Positions 18,721 to 28,377 of a stretch of DNA of 64,000 nt are shown piece by piece. The position numbers were made by a program, and so were the translations under genes. Numbering within the stretch: position 1 is the stretch's first letter; every line of letters begins with the position of its first letter. Under the pieces are notes generated by a model, which was not told the DNA's origin, did not search any database, and saw only the letters and a list, made by a program, of their open reading frames with translations. The stretch is from Phormidesmis sp. (GTDB lineage Bacteria > Cyanobacteriota > Cyanobacteriia > Leptolyngbyales > Leptolyngbyaceae), in the NCBI GenBank assembly GCA_965248535.1, contig CBDFJR010000002.1, positions 1,216,001 through 1,280,000 on the forward strand. The letters run 5' to 3'.

Positions 18721-19479
18721 ATGCCTTCTCTGCGTCCCGATCGCTTCCCTGTCTTTCTGCTTTTCTGCACGCTAGCGCTCACTGCCTGCACAAAACCGCT
18801 CGACTCTACCAAAATCGAAACCTCCATTCGAGACAGCGTGGTTAACCAGGGCGGAACGTCTCTCAAGTCGGTGATTTGCCCCACCGATATCAAGCCAGTC
18901 ACAGGGCAGACGTTTGAATGCGTTGGCGTGTTAGACACAGGGGGCGGAGTCGCGATCGCCGTGACCCAGCAAGACGCTCAAGGCACCGTTCAGTGGGATG
19001 TTCCTAGCGTTAAAGGACTGCTAAACCTAGCGGCTCTACAGTCTACGTTTCGTGAAGGACTGCAAAAATCTGGGGAGCCAATCAGCGTTGACTGCGGTAG
19101 CAATTCCTACAAACCTGCCAAGCCTGGAGAAATCTTTGACTGTAAAGTGCTCAAACGACCCACCAAACCAGATGCAAAAGCAAATCAGTCAGCATCCTCT
19201 ACGGCAAAGCCCAATCAGCCCGATCTGATTCAGGTCAAGGTCGATCTCTCTGGTGACATCAGTTGGCAGCCGATCGTGGAAGTAGCTCAAGCCTCCCCAG
19301 TGGCTACCAACCCGAAGACGGCTGATAAAACTGGCTCCGATCCAGCCGCGTCAGTCCCGTCTCAGCCTGAGAAACCTGCCTCTGCAAGCCCTGAGCCTGA
19401 GTTGTCGGCTCCTCCCACTTCTAAAAAATCGGCAGAAGAGTTTTTGAATCAACCCGGCGCGGCTAACGATTTTGAGTAG
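18721..19479 (+). CDS. DUF4333-like lipoprotein
   Basis: Lipobox LTAC; two SVxC...FxC repeats; Pro/Ser-rich tail. Confidence 0.7.
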   Translation: MPSLRPDRFPVFLLFCTLALTACTKPLDSTKIETSIRDSVVNQGGTSLKSVICPTDIKPVTGQTFECVGVLDTGGGVAIAVTQQDAQGTVQWDVPSVKGLLNLAALQSTFREGLQKSGEPISVDCGSNSYKPAKPGEIFDCKVLKRPTKPDAKANQSASSTAKPNQPDLIQVKVDLSGDISWQPIVEVAQASPVATNPKTADKTGSDPAASVPSQPEKPASASPEPELSAPPTSKKSAEEFLNQPGAANDFE

Positions 19480-19482
19480 CTT

Positions 19483-20109
19483 TTAGGCAACCACGATCGG
19501 GGCATCCACCTTTAGCTCTAGCGAGTCTGCACTCAGAGCAGAAATCGGCGTTGTGTCAATCAATCGCTTAAACGGCGAGTCCTCTGGCACTTCTAGGGTG
19601 GCTCCAATCCAACCAAAATTTGCTGAAGCCTTGGCATTAAACCGCAGAAAATCAGCATTCAACAAACTGTAGGCTGGAAACGCGATCGCTTGCCTTAACA
19701 GACTCACCCGCCAGCTAAAACTCAGCGAACACAGCCCCAAACTTCCTTGCCGGACAGTGACTTGCTGCGCGCCCGTCTGCCAGTCAAAGGTCGCTAGCTC
19801 CTTGGGCAATCCCCAAATCTCGCGACCGCCCGCCACCGAATCAGGATTGTCTACATAAATATGAGACACCCAAGCCCCGATCGTGGTTCCTCGCTTCACC
19901 ATGCCCGCCACCACAATCAACTCGTTATAGTCCAAGCTTGAGCCAGCCCCATAGTTTGCCAGGTAGATGCCGCCCAGGGTTTTGCCCGGAGCCGCTGGCA
20001 CGATCGCCAACCCAGGCGGAATAAACGGAGATGCTTTGGCGATGTCAATTAAATGCAGCGTTTGCAGCGCAAATCCTTTCAGTGTCCACGGTGCTTGAGG
20101 ATAGGTCAT
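19483..20109 (-). CDS. Acetoacetate decarboxylase family protein
   Basis: YPQAPW, YNEL, IYVD, GGREIWGLPKELA. Confidence 0.88.
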   Translation of the reverse strand: MTYPQAPWTLKGFALQTLHLIDIAKASPFIPPGLAIVPAAPGKTLGGIYLANYGAGSSLDYNELIVVAGMVKRGTTIGAWVSHIYVDNPDSVAGGREIWGLPKELATFDWQTGAQQVTVRQGSLGLCSLSFSWRVSLLRQAIAFPAYSLLNADFLRFNAKASANFGWIGATLEVPEDSPFKRLIDTTPISALSADSLELKVDAPIVVA

Positions 20110-21433
20110 CGAAAACCTCCGAGAAACCCTGACGCTTCAGCGCAGGGAGGAATAGGAGGGGCGACTGGATCGAGTCGCCCCTCTCTGACGCTTCTCACAG
20201 AATAGACGATATACTGTGAGATATGCAGAAAGCCTTCAAGTACCGCTTTTATCCAACACCTGAGCAAGAAACCTTGCTGAGACGGACGATGGGCTGTACT
20301 CGTTTGGTGTATAACCGTGCCCTCGCCGCTAGGACAGAAGCCTGGTATGAGCGTCAGGAGCGGGTTGGGTACGCTGAAACTTCTGCCATGCTGACCGCGT
20401 GGAAGAAGGTAGAAGACCTGCAATTTCTCAACGACGTGAGCTGCGTTCCCCTGCAACAGGGATTGCGCCATCTTCAGAAAGCGTTTAGCAACTTCTTTGC
20501 AGGACGGTCACAATACCCCAACTTCAAGAAGAAACGCAACGGAGGAAGGGCAGAGTTTACCAAATCTGCATTCAAGTTCAGAGAGGGTCAAGTCTTCCTT
20601 GCCAAGGATGCTGAACCGCTCAACATCCGATGGAGCAGGCAACTTCCACCAGAAACCGAACCCTCCACCGTCACAGTGAAACTTTCCCCTGCTGGCAGAT
20701 GGACGGTTTCTCTGGTGGTGGATATTGAGATAGAGCCACTGCCTGAATCGCTCAACCAAGTTGGGATTGATTTGGGTATCACGAGCCTGGTTGCCCTCAG
20801 TACAGGTGAAAAGGTTGCTAACCCCAAGGGCTTCGCCGCTAAACGCCGCAAACTGCGTCGAGCGCAAAAAGCGTTGAGTCGTAAGCAAAAAGGCTCGAAC
20901 AACCGACATAAAGCCAGGGTCAAAGTCGCTAGGGTCTATGCAGAGATTAGCGACACGAGAAATGATTTTCTTCACAAGTTGACGACTCGATTGGTGCGTG
21001 AAAACCAAACCATCGCCGTTGAGGATTTGTCGGTGAAGAATATGGTCAAGAATCGGAAGCTTGCCAAATCCATCAGCGATGCAGCATGGGGCGAATTGGT
21101 CAGACAGCTTGAATATAAGTGCGACTGGTATGGTCGTAGCTTTGTCAAGATTGACCGATGGTTTCCGAGTTCTAAGCGATGTGGGCATTGCGGTCACATT
21201 GTCGATCAGTTGCCGTTGGAGATTCGGGAATGGGACTGCCCTCAGTGCAGGACGCACCATGACCGGGACATCAACGCTGCTAAGAATATTCTTGCGGCAG
21301 GGCTTGCCGTGAAAGTCTGTGGAGCGAACATAAGACCGGATAAGCATTCGCTTTGAGGGCAGTTGCAATGAAGCAGAAACCTAAGTCGTGAGTCTTAGGA
21401 ATCACCGCTCTTTTAGGACGGTGAGGATGTCAA
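20110..21433 (+). mobile_element. Non-autonomous IS200/IS605-family element (tnpB only, IS1341-like)
   Basis: Left subterminal hairpin 20127-20147 preceded by GAAA. Right hairpin 21403-21423 preceded by GAAT and ending in TCAA (21430-21433). Target tetranucleotide TCAT at 20106-20109. No tnpA. Confidence 0.88.
20223..21356 (+). CDS. tnpB: RNA-guided endonuclease TnpB
   Basis: KAFKYRFYPT N-terminus, GIDLG (RuvC-I), VEDL (RuvC-II), CGHC/CPQC zinc finger, DRDINAAKNI (RuvC-III). Confidence 0.96.
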   Translation: MQKAFKYRFYPTPEQETLLRRTMGCTRLVYNRALAARTEAWYERQERVGYAETSAMLTAWKKVEDLQFLNDVSCVPLQQGLRHLQKAFSNFFAGRSQYPNFKKKRNGGRAEFTKSAFKFREGQVFLAKDAEPLNIRWSRQLPPETEPSTVTVKLSPAGRWTVSLVVDIEIEPLPESLNQVGIDLGITSLVALSTGEKVANPKGFAAKRRKLRRAQKALSRKQKGSNNRHKARVKVARVYAEISDTRNDFLHKLTTRLVRENQTIAVEDLSVKNMVKNRKLAKSISDAAWGELVRQLEYKCDWYGRSFVKIDRWFPSSKRCGHCGHIVDQLPLEIREWDCPQCRTHHDRDINAAKNILAAGLAVKVCGANIRPDKHSL

Positions 21434-21453
21434 CTCATCGGCTCCTGATCAGG
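21280..21453 (+). ncRNA. Putative TnpB omegaRNA/reRNA scaffold plus flanking guide (5' boundary approximate)
   Basis: Established architecture: the RNA overlaps the tnpB 3' end and right end, and the guide is the flank after TCAA. Not directly observed. Confidence 0.55.
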
Positions 21454-21862
21454 GGACAAACTCAACCTAGACGAGCGGCCCGATCGTGCCCTCCTCAAAG
21501 AGACAGAAATTCAGAACTAGGGCCGCGATCGTCCCTTGCAAAAAATGGTTTAGCGTTCAAAATTCGTGTTAAGAAACATGATCCCCTTGATAGAATGAGC
21601 TTAAATAGGTCTTAACCCTCTCAAAAGTGGGTTAGAAGTTTTAGTCTTTAGCAACCTCTCGATCGAGCTTCTGTAGGATTGTGATCAATCCTACAAACTT
21701 GCAATATTTCTAATTTTTATCAATTTTGTTCTCTGGCAGCCCGTTTCTCTGCTAGACCCGTCGCCTATTCAGCCCGCGATTGGTATACGTAAATACACGA
21801 TTGCAGTAGAATCAATCGTTATCTCTCAGTTCCTGCCCCGCCAACCCTCCGAGCTAGACAGC

Positions 21863-24136
21863 ATGAACGTAGCCGCTTCTACCCCCACCCCAGAGATCAC
21901 GCTTCCTGACTGGTTGCGCGATTGCTTGATTGAGCGATCGCATCCAGACAACCCCACCGCTTCCAAAGACAACGATCTGATTTGTCGAGCCTTTGAGTTT
22001 GCCTATCAGCTTCACGAAGGGCAATATAGAGCTTCAGGAGAACCCTACATTGCTCATCCAGTGGCGGTGGCGGGCTTGCTGCGAGATTTGGGCGGCAGCA
22101 GCGTCATGATCGCAGCGGGCTTCTTGCATGATGTGGTTGAAGACACTGAAATCACCTGCGACGAAATTGAGCAGCGATTTGGGATAGAAGTGCGATGTCT
22201 GGTCGAGGGAGTCACCAAGCTTTCTAAGTTCAACTTCTCTAGTAAGACAGAGCGGCAGGCCGAAAACTTTCGCCGGATGTTTTTGGCGATGGCCCAAGAT
22301 ATTCGGGTGATCATTGTCAAGCTAGCCGATCGCCTCCACAATATGCGAACTCTAGAGCATCTGCCTAACGAAAAACAGTGCCGCATTGCCCTAGAAACGC
22401 GAGAAATTTTTGCCCCCCTCGCCAATCGTTTAGGCATTGGCAATCTCAAATGGGAGCTAGAAGACCTCGCGTTTAAATATCTCGAAACTGACGCTTATCA
22501 AGATATTAAACAACGAGTCGCCGAAAAGCGGGGCGATCGCGAAAGCCAGCTTACCCAAGTCGCTCAAACATTTAAAGAGCGCATGACTCAACTAGGCGTT
22601 GACTGCATTGAGGTGAGCGGTCGCCCCAAACATCTCTACGGCATTTATCAAAAAATGCAGCGTCAGCAAAAAGATTATGAACAGATCTATGACGTGGCGG
22701 CTATTCGCATTATTGTCAACACCAACGACGAATGCTATCGAGCCTTAGCCGTTGTTCATGATATGTTTCGCCCCATTCCTGGACGCTTTAAAGATTACAT
22801 TGGGCTGCCTAAATCCAATCGCTATCAGTCGCTGCATACCGTGGTGATTGGCAGCACGGGTCGCCCCCTAGAAGTGCAGATTCGCACCCTAGAAATGCAC
22901 CACGTTGCTGAATATGGCATTGCGGCTCACTGGAAATATAAAGAAGCCGGAAGTTCTAGCACGCAGCAGATGACCACCACCGATGAAAAGTTCACCTGGT
23001 TGCGGCAGCTACTCGACTGGCAAAATGACCTCAAAGATGCTCAAGAATATTTAGAGAGCATCAAAGACAATCTGTTTGATGGCGATGTTTTCGTGTTTAC
23101 GCCCCGCGGCGAAGTGGTGTCTCTTGGCTCTCGATCGACCCCCGTTGATTTTGCCTATCGCATTCACACTGAGGTGGGCAATCGCTGTGCAGGCGCTAAA
23201 GTCAATGGGCGAATGGTCACGCTCGATACGACATTGCACAACGGTGACATTATTGAAATTCTGACCCAAAAAAATGCTCGCCCCAGCTTAGACTGGCTCA
23301 ATTTTGTCGTCACCTCCGGGGCACGGAACCGAATTAGACAGTGGTATAAGCGATCGCACCGCAGCGAAAACGTCTTGCGTGGGCGCGAAATGCTAGAAAA
23401 AGAACTGGGCAAAAATGGCTTTGAAGCGCTGCTCAAGTCTTCGCCCATGCAAGCCGCCGCCGAACGATGTAACTATCACAGCGTCGAAGATTTATTAGCG
23501 GCGATCGGGTATGGCGAGATGACCCTCAATCTGGCCCTCAATCGAATTCGAGAAGCGGTCAAAGCCCAGCAGCCCCTTGCCAAAGTCTCTGACGCTGACA
23601 GTATTTCGGCTGATCCCCAGCTTTTATTGCCCTCTGCTCCGATGCTGCGATCCTTGCCGCCCGCGACGACGACAAAATCCCCGATCGCCGGGGTCGAGGG
23701 ATTGCTCTATCACCTCGCAGGCTGCTGCAACCCGGTGCCCGGTGAAGCGATTATTGGGGTCGTCACCCGCAGCAATCGCGGCATCTCCATTCATCGTCAA
23801 GGCTGTAGCAACTTAGAGCAAGTTGACGGCGATCGCTTAGTGCCCGTGAGTTGGAACCCCACCAGCCGACAGGGTGGCAGACCTCAAACCTATCCAGTCT
23901 GCATTCAGATCGATGTCATCGATCGCGTCGGGGTGCTCAAAGATATTCTGTCTCGCTTGACCGACAACACGATCAACGTTCGCAATGCTCAAGTCAAAAC
24001 CTTTCCCGATCAGACTGCTGTCATCGATTTGGGCATTGACATTTGCGACCATGCACAGCTAGAGCGCACGTTTGCCCAAGTCAGAAAAATGACCGACGTG
24101 TTAAATTTGCGCCGCGTCAATCAGGTCGAAGAATAG
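21863..24136 (+). CDS. rel: Bifunctional (p)ppGpp synthetase/hydrolase
   Basis: HEGQYRASGEPY, LHDVVEDT, KLADRLHNMRTL, YQSLHT, EVQIRT; TGS, CC and ACT domains. Confidence 0.97.
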   Translation: MNVAASTPTPEITLPDWLRDCLIERSHPDNPTASKDNDLICRAFEFAYQLHEGQYRASGEPYIAHPVAVAGLLRDLGGSSVMIAAGFLHDVVEDTEITCDEIEQRFGIEVRCLVEGVTKLSKFNFSSKTERQAENFRRMFLAMAQDIRVIIVKLADRLHNMRTLEHLPNEKQCRIALETREIFAPLANRLGIGNLKWELEDLAFKYLETDAYQDIKQRVAEKRGDRESQLTQVAQTFKERMTQLGVDCIEVSGRPKHLYGIYQKMQRQQKDYEQIYDVAAIRIIVNTNDECYRALAVVHDMFRPIPGRFKDYIGLPKSNRYQSLHTVVIGSTGRPLEVQIRTLEMHHVAEYGIAAHWKYKEAGSSSTQQMTTTDEKFTWLRQLLDWQNDLKDAQEYLESIKDNLFDGDVFVFTPRGEVVSLGSRSTPVDFAYRIHTEVGNRCAGAKVNGRMVTLDTTLHNGDIIEILTQKNARPSLDWLNFVVTSGARNRIRQWYKRSHRSENVLRGREMLEKELGKNGFEALLKSSPMQAAAERCNYHSVEDLLAAIGYGEMTLNLALNRIREAVKAQQPLAKVSDADSISADPQLLLPSAPMLRSLPPATTTKSPIAGVEGLLYHLAGCCNPVPGEAIIGVVTRSNRGISIHRQGCSNLEQVDGDRLVPVSWNPTSRQGGRPQTYPVCIQIDVIDRVGVLKDILSRLTDNTINVRNAQVKTFPDQTAVIDLGIDICDHAQLERTFAQVRKMTDVLNLRRVNQVEE

Positions 24137-24217
24137 TCAACTCGCCCTTCCCTCAATTCAGCCCGCCTAAATGCTCCTGATTTGAGCGCTGAAAGCGGAA
24201 TATGACTCCTATCGGCT

Positions 24218-24231
24218 GTATCAAGAAATAC
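24218..24231. promoter_or_regulatory. Candidate NtcA site
   Basis: GTA-TCAAGAAA-TAC matches GTAN8TAC; no canonically spaced -10 seen. Confidence 0.3.
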
Positions 24232-24726
24232 GCCGTTCTCAGTTCAGACCACGGCGTGCTGAACGTAACGTTCGTTTGACAAACGTCGCTGGCTCTGGCT
24301 AGAAATTCGGGAAGCCCTTGGGAACGAGTCCAAAAAACTCGTCGAACTGGCGTTAAAGTAACTTAAGCGATCGCATCCACGATCGAGCCTACAATGCTGT
24401 GGGAACAAACTGGAGTTAGACATTCGTCAATCACCAAAGTTACGGATCTAGTAGAGAAAAACATAAAGCTGTGATGGGCAGTTTGAAGTGGCTGTATTTA
24501 GTTTTGATTAAGTGACTCCAATTACACCGAGAAGATCCCTAGCTCAGTTAAGATTGGCGATAACTATGACCTCTTCAGACGTGAGGTTATGTATTTATAC
24601 TCGGTTGATGGAAGGATTTAAATCGTATGCAAACCATTGCCCCATCTCTATTTTTCAAGGAACGCCCGACGATCACGAGAGCGCGCTTGTTAAACTCCAA
24701 CCCTTGCGTATAGGAGTTCCCCACAG

Positions 24727-26037
24727 ATGAGCACCTGGACAACCTATCGCAATCGTGACATCACTCAAGAAGAACAAAGACTCTATAATCATTTCCTCGA
24801 TCGAGTGCAGTGTGAGTCGCCCCGGCAGTTAATCGATCGCTTCCGATCTCTGTTTATCGAGGGCACCAGCTATGACCCGCAAGTTCTGACAGACTTAGAT
24901 AAAGTCGTCGCGTCAAAAGTTGCTGACCAAGAATTTAAGTTTGTGCTCAACCGCTGCTGCCACATTTTGATCAACCGTTGGCAAGCTCGACCCCAGTCAC
25001 AGCGGGCGATCGTTGAGTTAGTGGCGCTGCTGTCATCGCTGCCCACCCGCCCCGTGATGGAATATTCTCGCACCCGCACCGTTAAGCAACTGCGAGAGCT
25101 TGTCAAGCAGTTTCTAGAGACCGAGCAATATCTGACGCTGCGCCGCCTATCTCAACTGATGATTCAGGGAGCCGAGACCCACAGCGCCGAAACCTCGCCT
25201 CTAGGAACGCTGATCCGTCGCTATCCCTATCTCTATGAGCACTGTCTGGTGAGTGAGGGCAGCCCCGATGAGCACCAAGAATCGATCAGAAAAATTCAAA
25301 CTCAGGTGCAGAGACAGTATGAGATTGACCTATCTCAATATGTGACTTATCAGGTCAGACGATCGTTTGAGCGTCATGAAACGTCTTTGGTCTCACCCAT
25401 CATCACGTCTGCTCAGATTTCCCCTCGCTTGATTACCCCTGTTAAGAACCCAACATTGCTTGAAGATTGTGAGCTAAGGTTTGCCTTGCAGCAGTTTGCA
25501 GGCAAAATTGAGGGGGCCTACACCCATCGAGACATTGCCCAGCGCTTTCTGAGTCACGCGAGCGACACAAAATCATTTAGAGCCTTTAAAGACGATCTCT
25601 ACCAATACATCACCGCTTCGATCGACGCTGACTATGGCAAGCGGCAGTTTAACAACCAGCTTTATGCTCACCTGCAAGCCACCTTGCCTGAATGTGATTT
25701 TCAGCCATTAAATGATTTTCTGATTGTTAGAACCTGTAGCCAACTCCTAAACTTCTTAGTCGTCGAAAGCTCGCAGCAGCCTCAGCACTTTGTTTTTGTC
25801 GATCTGCTGTTAAACCTAGGCCCAACTTTGACGACAAGCCTGTTGCTCAAGATTGTGCTGCTCTGTCGCAAGGTTAAGCCCTACCTCGAAAAGCGCTTTT
25901 CAATTTTGTTTAGCCATTATGAGTCTCACGCCCGCAACTGCGTCCACTGGCTGATCGCAGCGATGGAAAATTTGCACATTGCCCTGAGCACAAACTTCAG
26001 CACCCTTAATCTCTGTTTTCTTAATCAGCTAGGTTAG
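24727..26037 (+). CDS. Conserved hypothetical cyanobacterial protein
   Basis: 436-aa ORF; LNRCCHILINRW and LIRRYPYLYEH blocks; AGGAG upstream. Confidence 0.75.
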   Translation: MSTWTTYRNRDITQEEQRLYNHFLDRVQCESPRQLIDRFRSLFIEGTSYDPQVLTDLDKVVASKVADQEFKFVLNRCCHILINRWQARPQSQRAIVELVALLSSLPTRPVMEYSRTRTVKQLRELVKQFLETEQYLTLRRLSQLMIQGAETHSAETSPLGTLIRRYPYLYEHCLVSEGSPDEHQESIRKIQTQVQRQYEIDLSQYVTYQVRRSFERHETSLVSPIITSAQISPRLITPVKNPTLLEDCELRFALQQFAGKIEGAYTHRDIAQRFLSHASDTKSFRAFKDDLYQYITASIDADYGKRQFNNQLYAHLQATLPECDFQPLNDFLIVRTCSQLLNFLVVESSQQPQHFVFVDLLLNLGPTLTTSLLLKIVLLCRKVKPYLEKRFSILFSHYESHARNCVHWLIAAMENLHIALSTNFSTLNLCFLNQLG

Positions 26038-26222
26038 AGCTTAAGCGATCACTCAGACTTAAGCCATGACTGCTGTGAGCGTTTGCCTACCGATTTGCAG
26101 TCTAGGGGCTTCGTTTAGAATAAGAGTGTGGTTAGTCTAAAAGATGGCACAGATCTGTAGTGCCTTCTAACCTGCCTACAGTCTATACTATTTAACGAAA
26201 AGTTTGAGGAACACTCTGGACA

Positions 26223-26402
26223 ATGACTCAAGTAGTTCTCGGTGAAAACGAAGGTATCGACTCAGCGTTACGCCGATTTAAGCGGCAAGTCTCTAAGGCA
26301 GGGATTCTAGCAGACGTGAGATCCCATCGCCACTTTGAAACTCCGATCGAGAAACGCAAGCGCAAGGAAGTGATCGCCCGTCGCACTCAGCGCTATCGTT
26401 AA
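26223..26402 (+). CDS. rpsU: 30S ribosomal protein S21 (not in ORF track)
   Basis: [48 protein letters not shown]. Confidence 0.96.
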   Translation: MTQVVLGENEGIDSALRRFKRQVSKAGILADVRSHRHFETPIEKRKRKEVIARRTQRYR

Positions 26403-26511
26403 ATCGGCTGTTAGGATCAAGAGAGAAGGAGTGGCGGTCTGAGTTTTTTGGCTCGTGCACTGCATTTTGTTGATGTCGCTCTTGTTCTTGCTGCCCTAAT
26501 TTTCACAACCG

Positions 26512-28008
26512 ATGTCAAACCCAGCCGCAGATTCAGGTGATTTGTCCTCTGTCTTCTATCAAACCGGGCTGAGTCAGGGCTTAGACGAGGCCATTCTCAG
26601 CTTTGATGAGATTCAGACAGAACTCAACTATAAACAAGCTCAGACTGCCCTGCGCGATCTGGTCGAAAATTTAGATTTGACCCCCCAAGAGCGATCGGGG
26701 TTAGAGCCAGAGATCAACGGTCTAGAAACCATGTTGGATAAACTGGATCGGCTGGTCGTGCATATTGCAGCGTTTGGCATGGTAGGGCGAGGCAAATCGT
26801 CGATCTTAAATGCGCTTTTGGGGCAACAGGTGTTTGAAACCGGCCCGATTCATGGGGTGACTCAAAGCCAGCAGTCAGCCAGTTGGAGCCTGACTCGTGA
26901 AGCGATCGTGGGCAGCGATCGTGAGATTTTGCGCGTTTCTCTCCCCGGCATTCATCACTCTCAGGTTGAACTCATTGACACACCGGGGATCGATGAAGTG
27001 GACGGAGAAGCGCGAGAAGCTTTGGCCCGCCAGGTGGCAAAGCACGTAGACTTGCTGCTGTTCATCATTTCGGGCGACATGACAAAGGTCGAGTTTCAAG
27101 CGCTCTCAGAGTTGCGAGAAGTCGGCAAGCCAATGATTTTGGTCTTAAACAAAATTGATCAATATCCCGATGCCGATCGGGTGAGTGTCTATGAAAAAAT
27201 TCGAGACGAGCGGGTGAAAGAACTGCTCTCGCCTGACGAAATTGTGATGGCGGCCGCCTCTCCGCTCATGGCCAGAGCGGTGAAGAGTCCCGATGGTCGC
27301 ACGTCGGTGCAGTTGAGCACAGGCGAACCGCAGGTAGAAGACCTAAAGCTAAAAATTCTAGAAATCTTGCATCGCGAAGGAAAATCGCTGGTGGCGCTCA
27401 ACACCATGCTCTACGCCGATGATGTCAATGAGCAGTTGGTGCAGCGCAAAATGATGATTCGGGAGCAAACCGCCAATCGCATCATTTGGAATGGGGTGAT
27501 CACAAAAGCGGTGGCGATCGCCCTCAACCCGATCACGGTGCTAGACATTCTCAGCAGCGCGGCGATCGATGTGGCGATGATTCTCGCGATGTCAAAACTC
27601 TATGGGATTAGCATGACGCAGCAGGGCGCGATCGGGCTGTTAAAAAAAATCGCGATCACAATGGGTGGGATCACCGCTAGTGAGCTATTAGCAACGCTAG
27701 GGCTGAGTTCTCTCAAAGGTTTGTTGGGTTTAGCAACCCCTGCAACAGGCGGACTCGCGCTTGCACCTTACTTTTCGGTGGCGTTGACGCAGGCAGGAGT
27801 CGCAGGCGTTTCATCTTATGGAATCGGGCAAGTGACCAAAGCCTATCTCGCTAACGGTGCATCTTGGGGACCAGATGGGCCTAAAGCCGTGGTAAATCGG
27901 ATTTTGTCTTCTTTGGATGAAGCATCGATTCTTAATCGCATCAAAGGTGAGTTACGAGCCAAACTCGATCTACAGGGGCGACGAACGGATGCGAAGGGCG
28001 AAAGTTAG
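26512..28008 (+). CDS. Era-like GTP-binding protein with DUF697 domain
   Basis: GMVGRGKS, DTPG, NKID; hydrophobic C-terminal region. Confidence 0.88.
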   Translation: MSNPAADSGDLSSVFYQTGLSQGLDEAILSFDEIQTELNYKQAQTALRDLVENLDLTPQERSGLEPEINGLETMLDKLDRLVVHIAAFGMVGRGKSSILNALLGQQVFETGPIHGVTQSQQSASWSLTREAIVGSDREILRVSLPGIHHSQVELIDTPGIDEVDGEAREALARQVAKHVDLLLFIISGDMTKVEFQALSELREVGKPMILVLNKIDQYPDADRVSVYEKIRDERVKELLSPDEIVMAAASPLMARAVKSPDGRTSVQLSTGEPQVEDLKLKILEILHREGKSLVALNTMLYADDVNEQLVQRKMMIREQTANRIIWNGVITKAVAIALNPITVLDILSSAAIDVAMILAMSKLYGISMTQQGAIGLLKKIAITMGGITASELLATLGLSSLKGLLGLATPATGGLALAPYFSVALTQAGVAGVSSYGIGQVTKAYLANGASWGPDGPKAVVNRILSSLDEASILNRIKGELRAKLDLQGRRTDAKGES

Positions 28009-28101
28009 CTAAAACAGTTGGTTCACTAAGTTTATTGTGTTGCTGCTCAGGGCCTGACGGCGGATTTATCCTGTTGCTCTCTAGCTGCAAAGGCAAGGAA
28101 G

Positions 28102-28308
28102 TTACGCAGCTAAAAGAGGCACTCCTAGTGCTTGTAAATTAATAGTTTCTACATTGCGGGAATAGTTATCTAAGGTAATCGCAACAACTTTGCCATCACT
28201 GTCATAGTCCAGAATCAAATCATCGGTAATGGCATCTGTTGCAGCGACTGGTTCTGTGGTTAGCTCGATCGCTAGAGTGTCTGTTTCAGGAAAATACTGG
28301 ATTTTTAT
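28102..28308 (-). pseudogene. DUF2283-like putative antitoxin with ATA in place of ATG
   Basis: (I)KIQYFPETDTLAIEL...LILDYDSDGKVVAITL...LLAA*; an in-frame stop lies 4 codons upstream. Confidence 0.7.
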
Positions 28309-28352
28309 TGGGGTTCTTCACCTCGCTGCTGTCGCTTGTAGAAGTTACGGTC
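28305..28352 (-). pseudogene. C-terminal remnant of the putative partner toxin of the DUF2283 gene
   Basis: DRNFYKRQQRGEEPQ*, whose stop overlaps the DUF2283 start in ATAA. Confidence 0.4.
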
Positions 28353-28377
28353 ATCGTCTAGGTTGAAGCCGTAAGTC

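Noticed and set aside
20508..21368. 286-aa antisense ORF (and 20106-20471) over tnpB
   Set aside because: Shadow frames of tnpB with no recognisable motifs; not TnpA (no HUH/Y1).
20106..21440. TCATCG on both sides of the IS as a target-site duplication
   Set aside because: IS200/IS605 elements make no TSD; guide-rule boundaries place the left CG inside the element and restore a better native RBS.
24512..24730. 72-aa ORF overlapping the start of the 436-aa gene
   Set aside because: GTG start, no recognisable family or RBS; probably a spurious frame in the leader.
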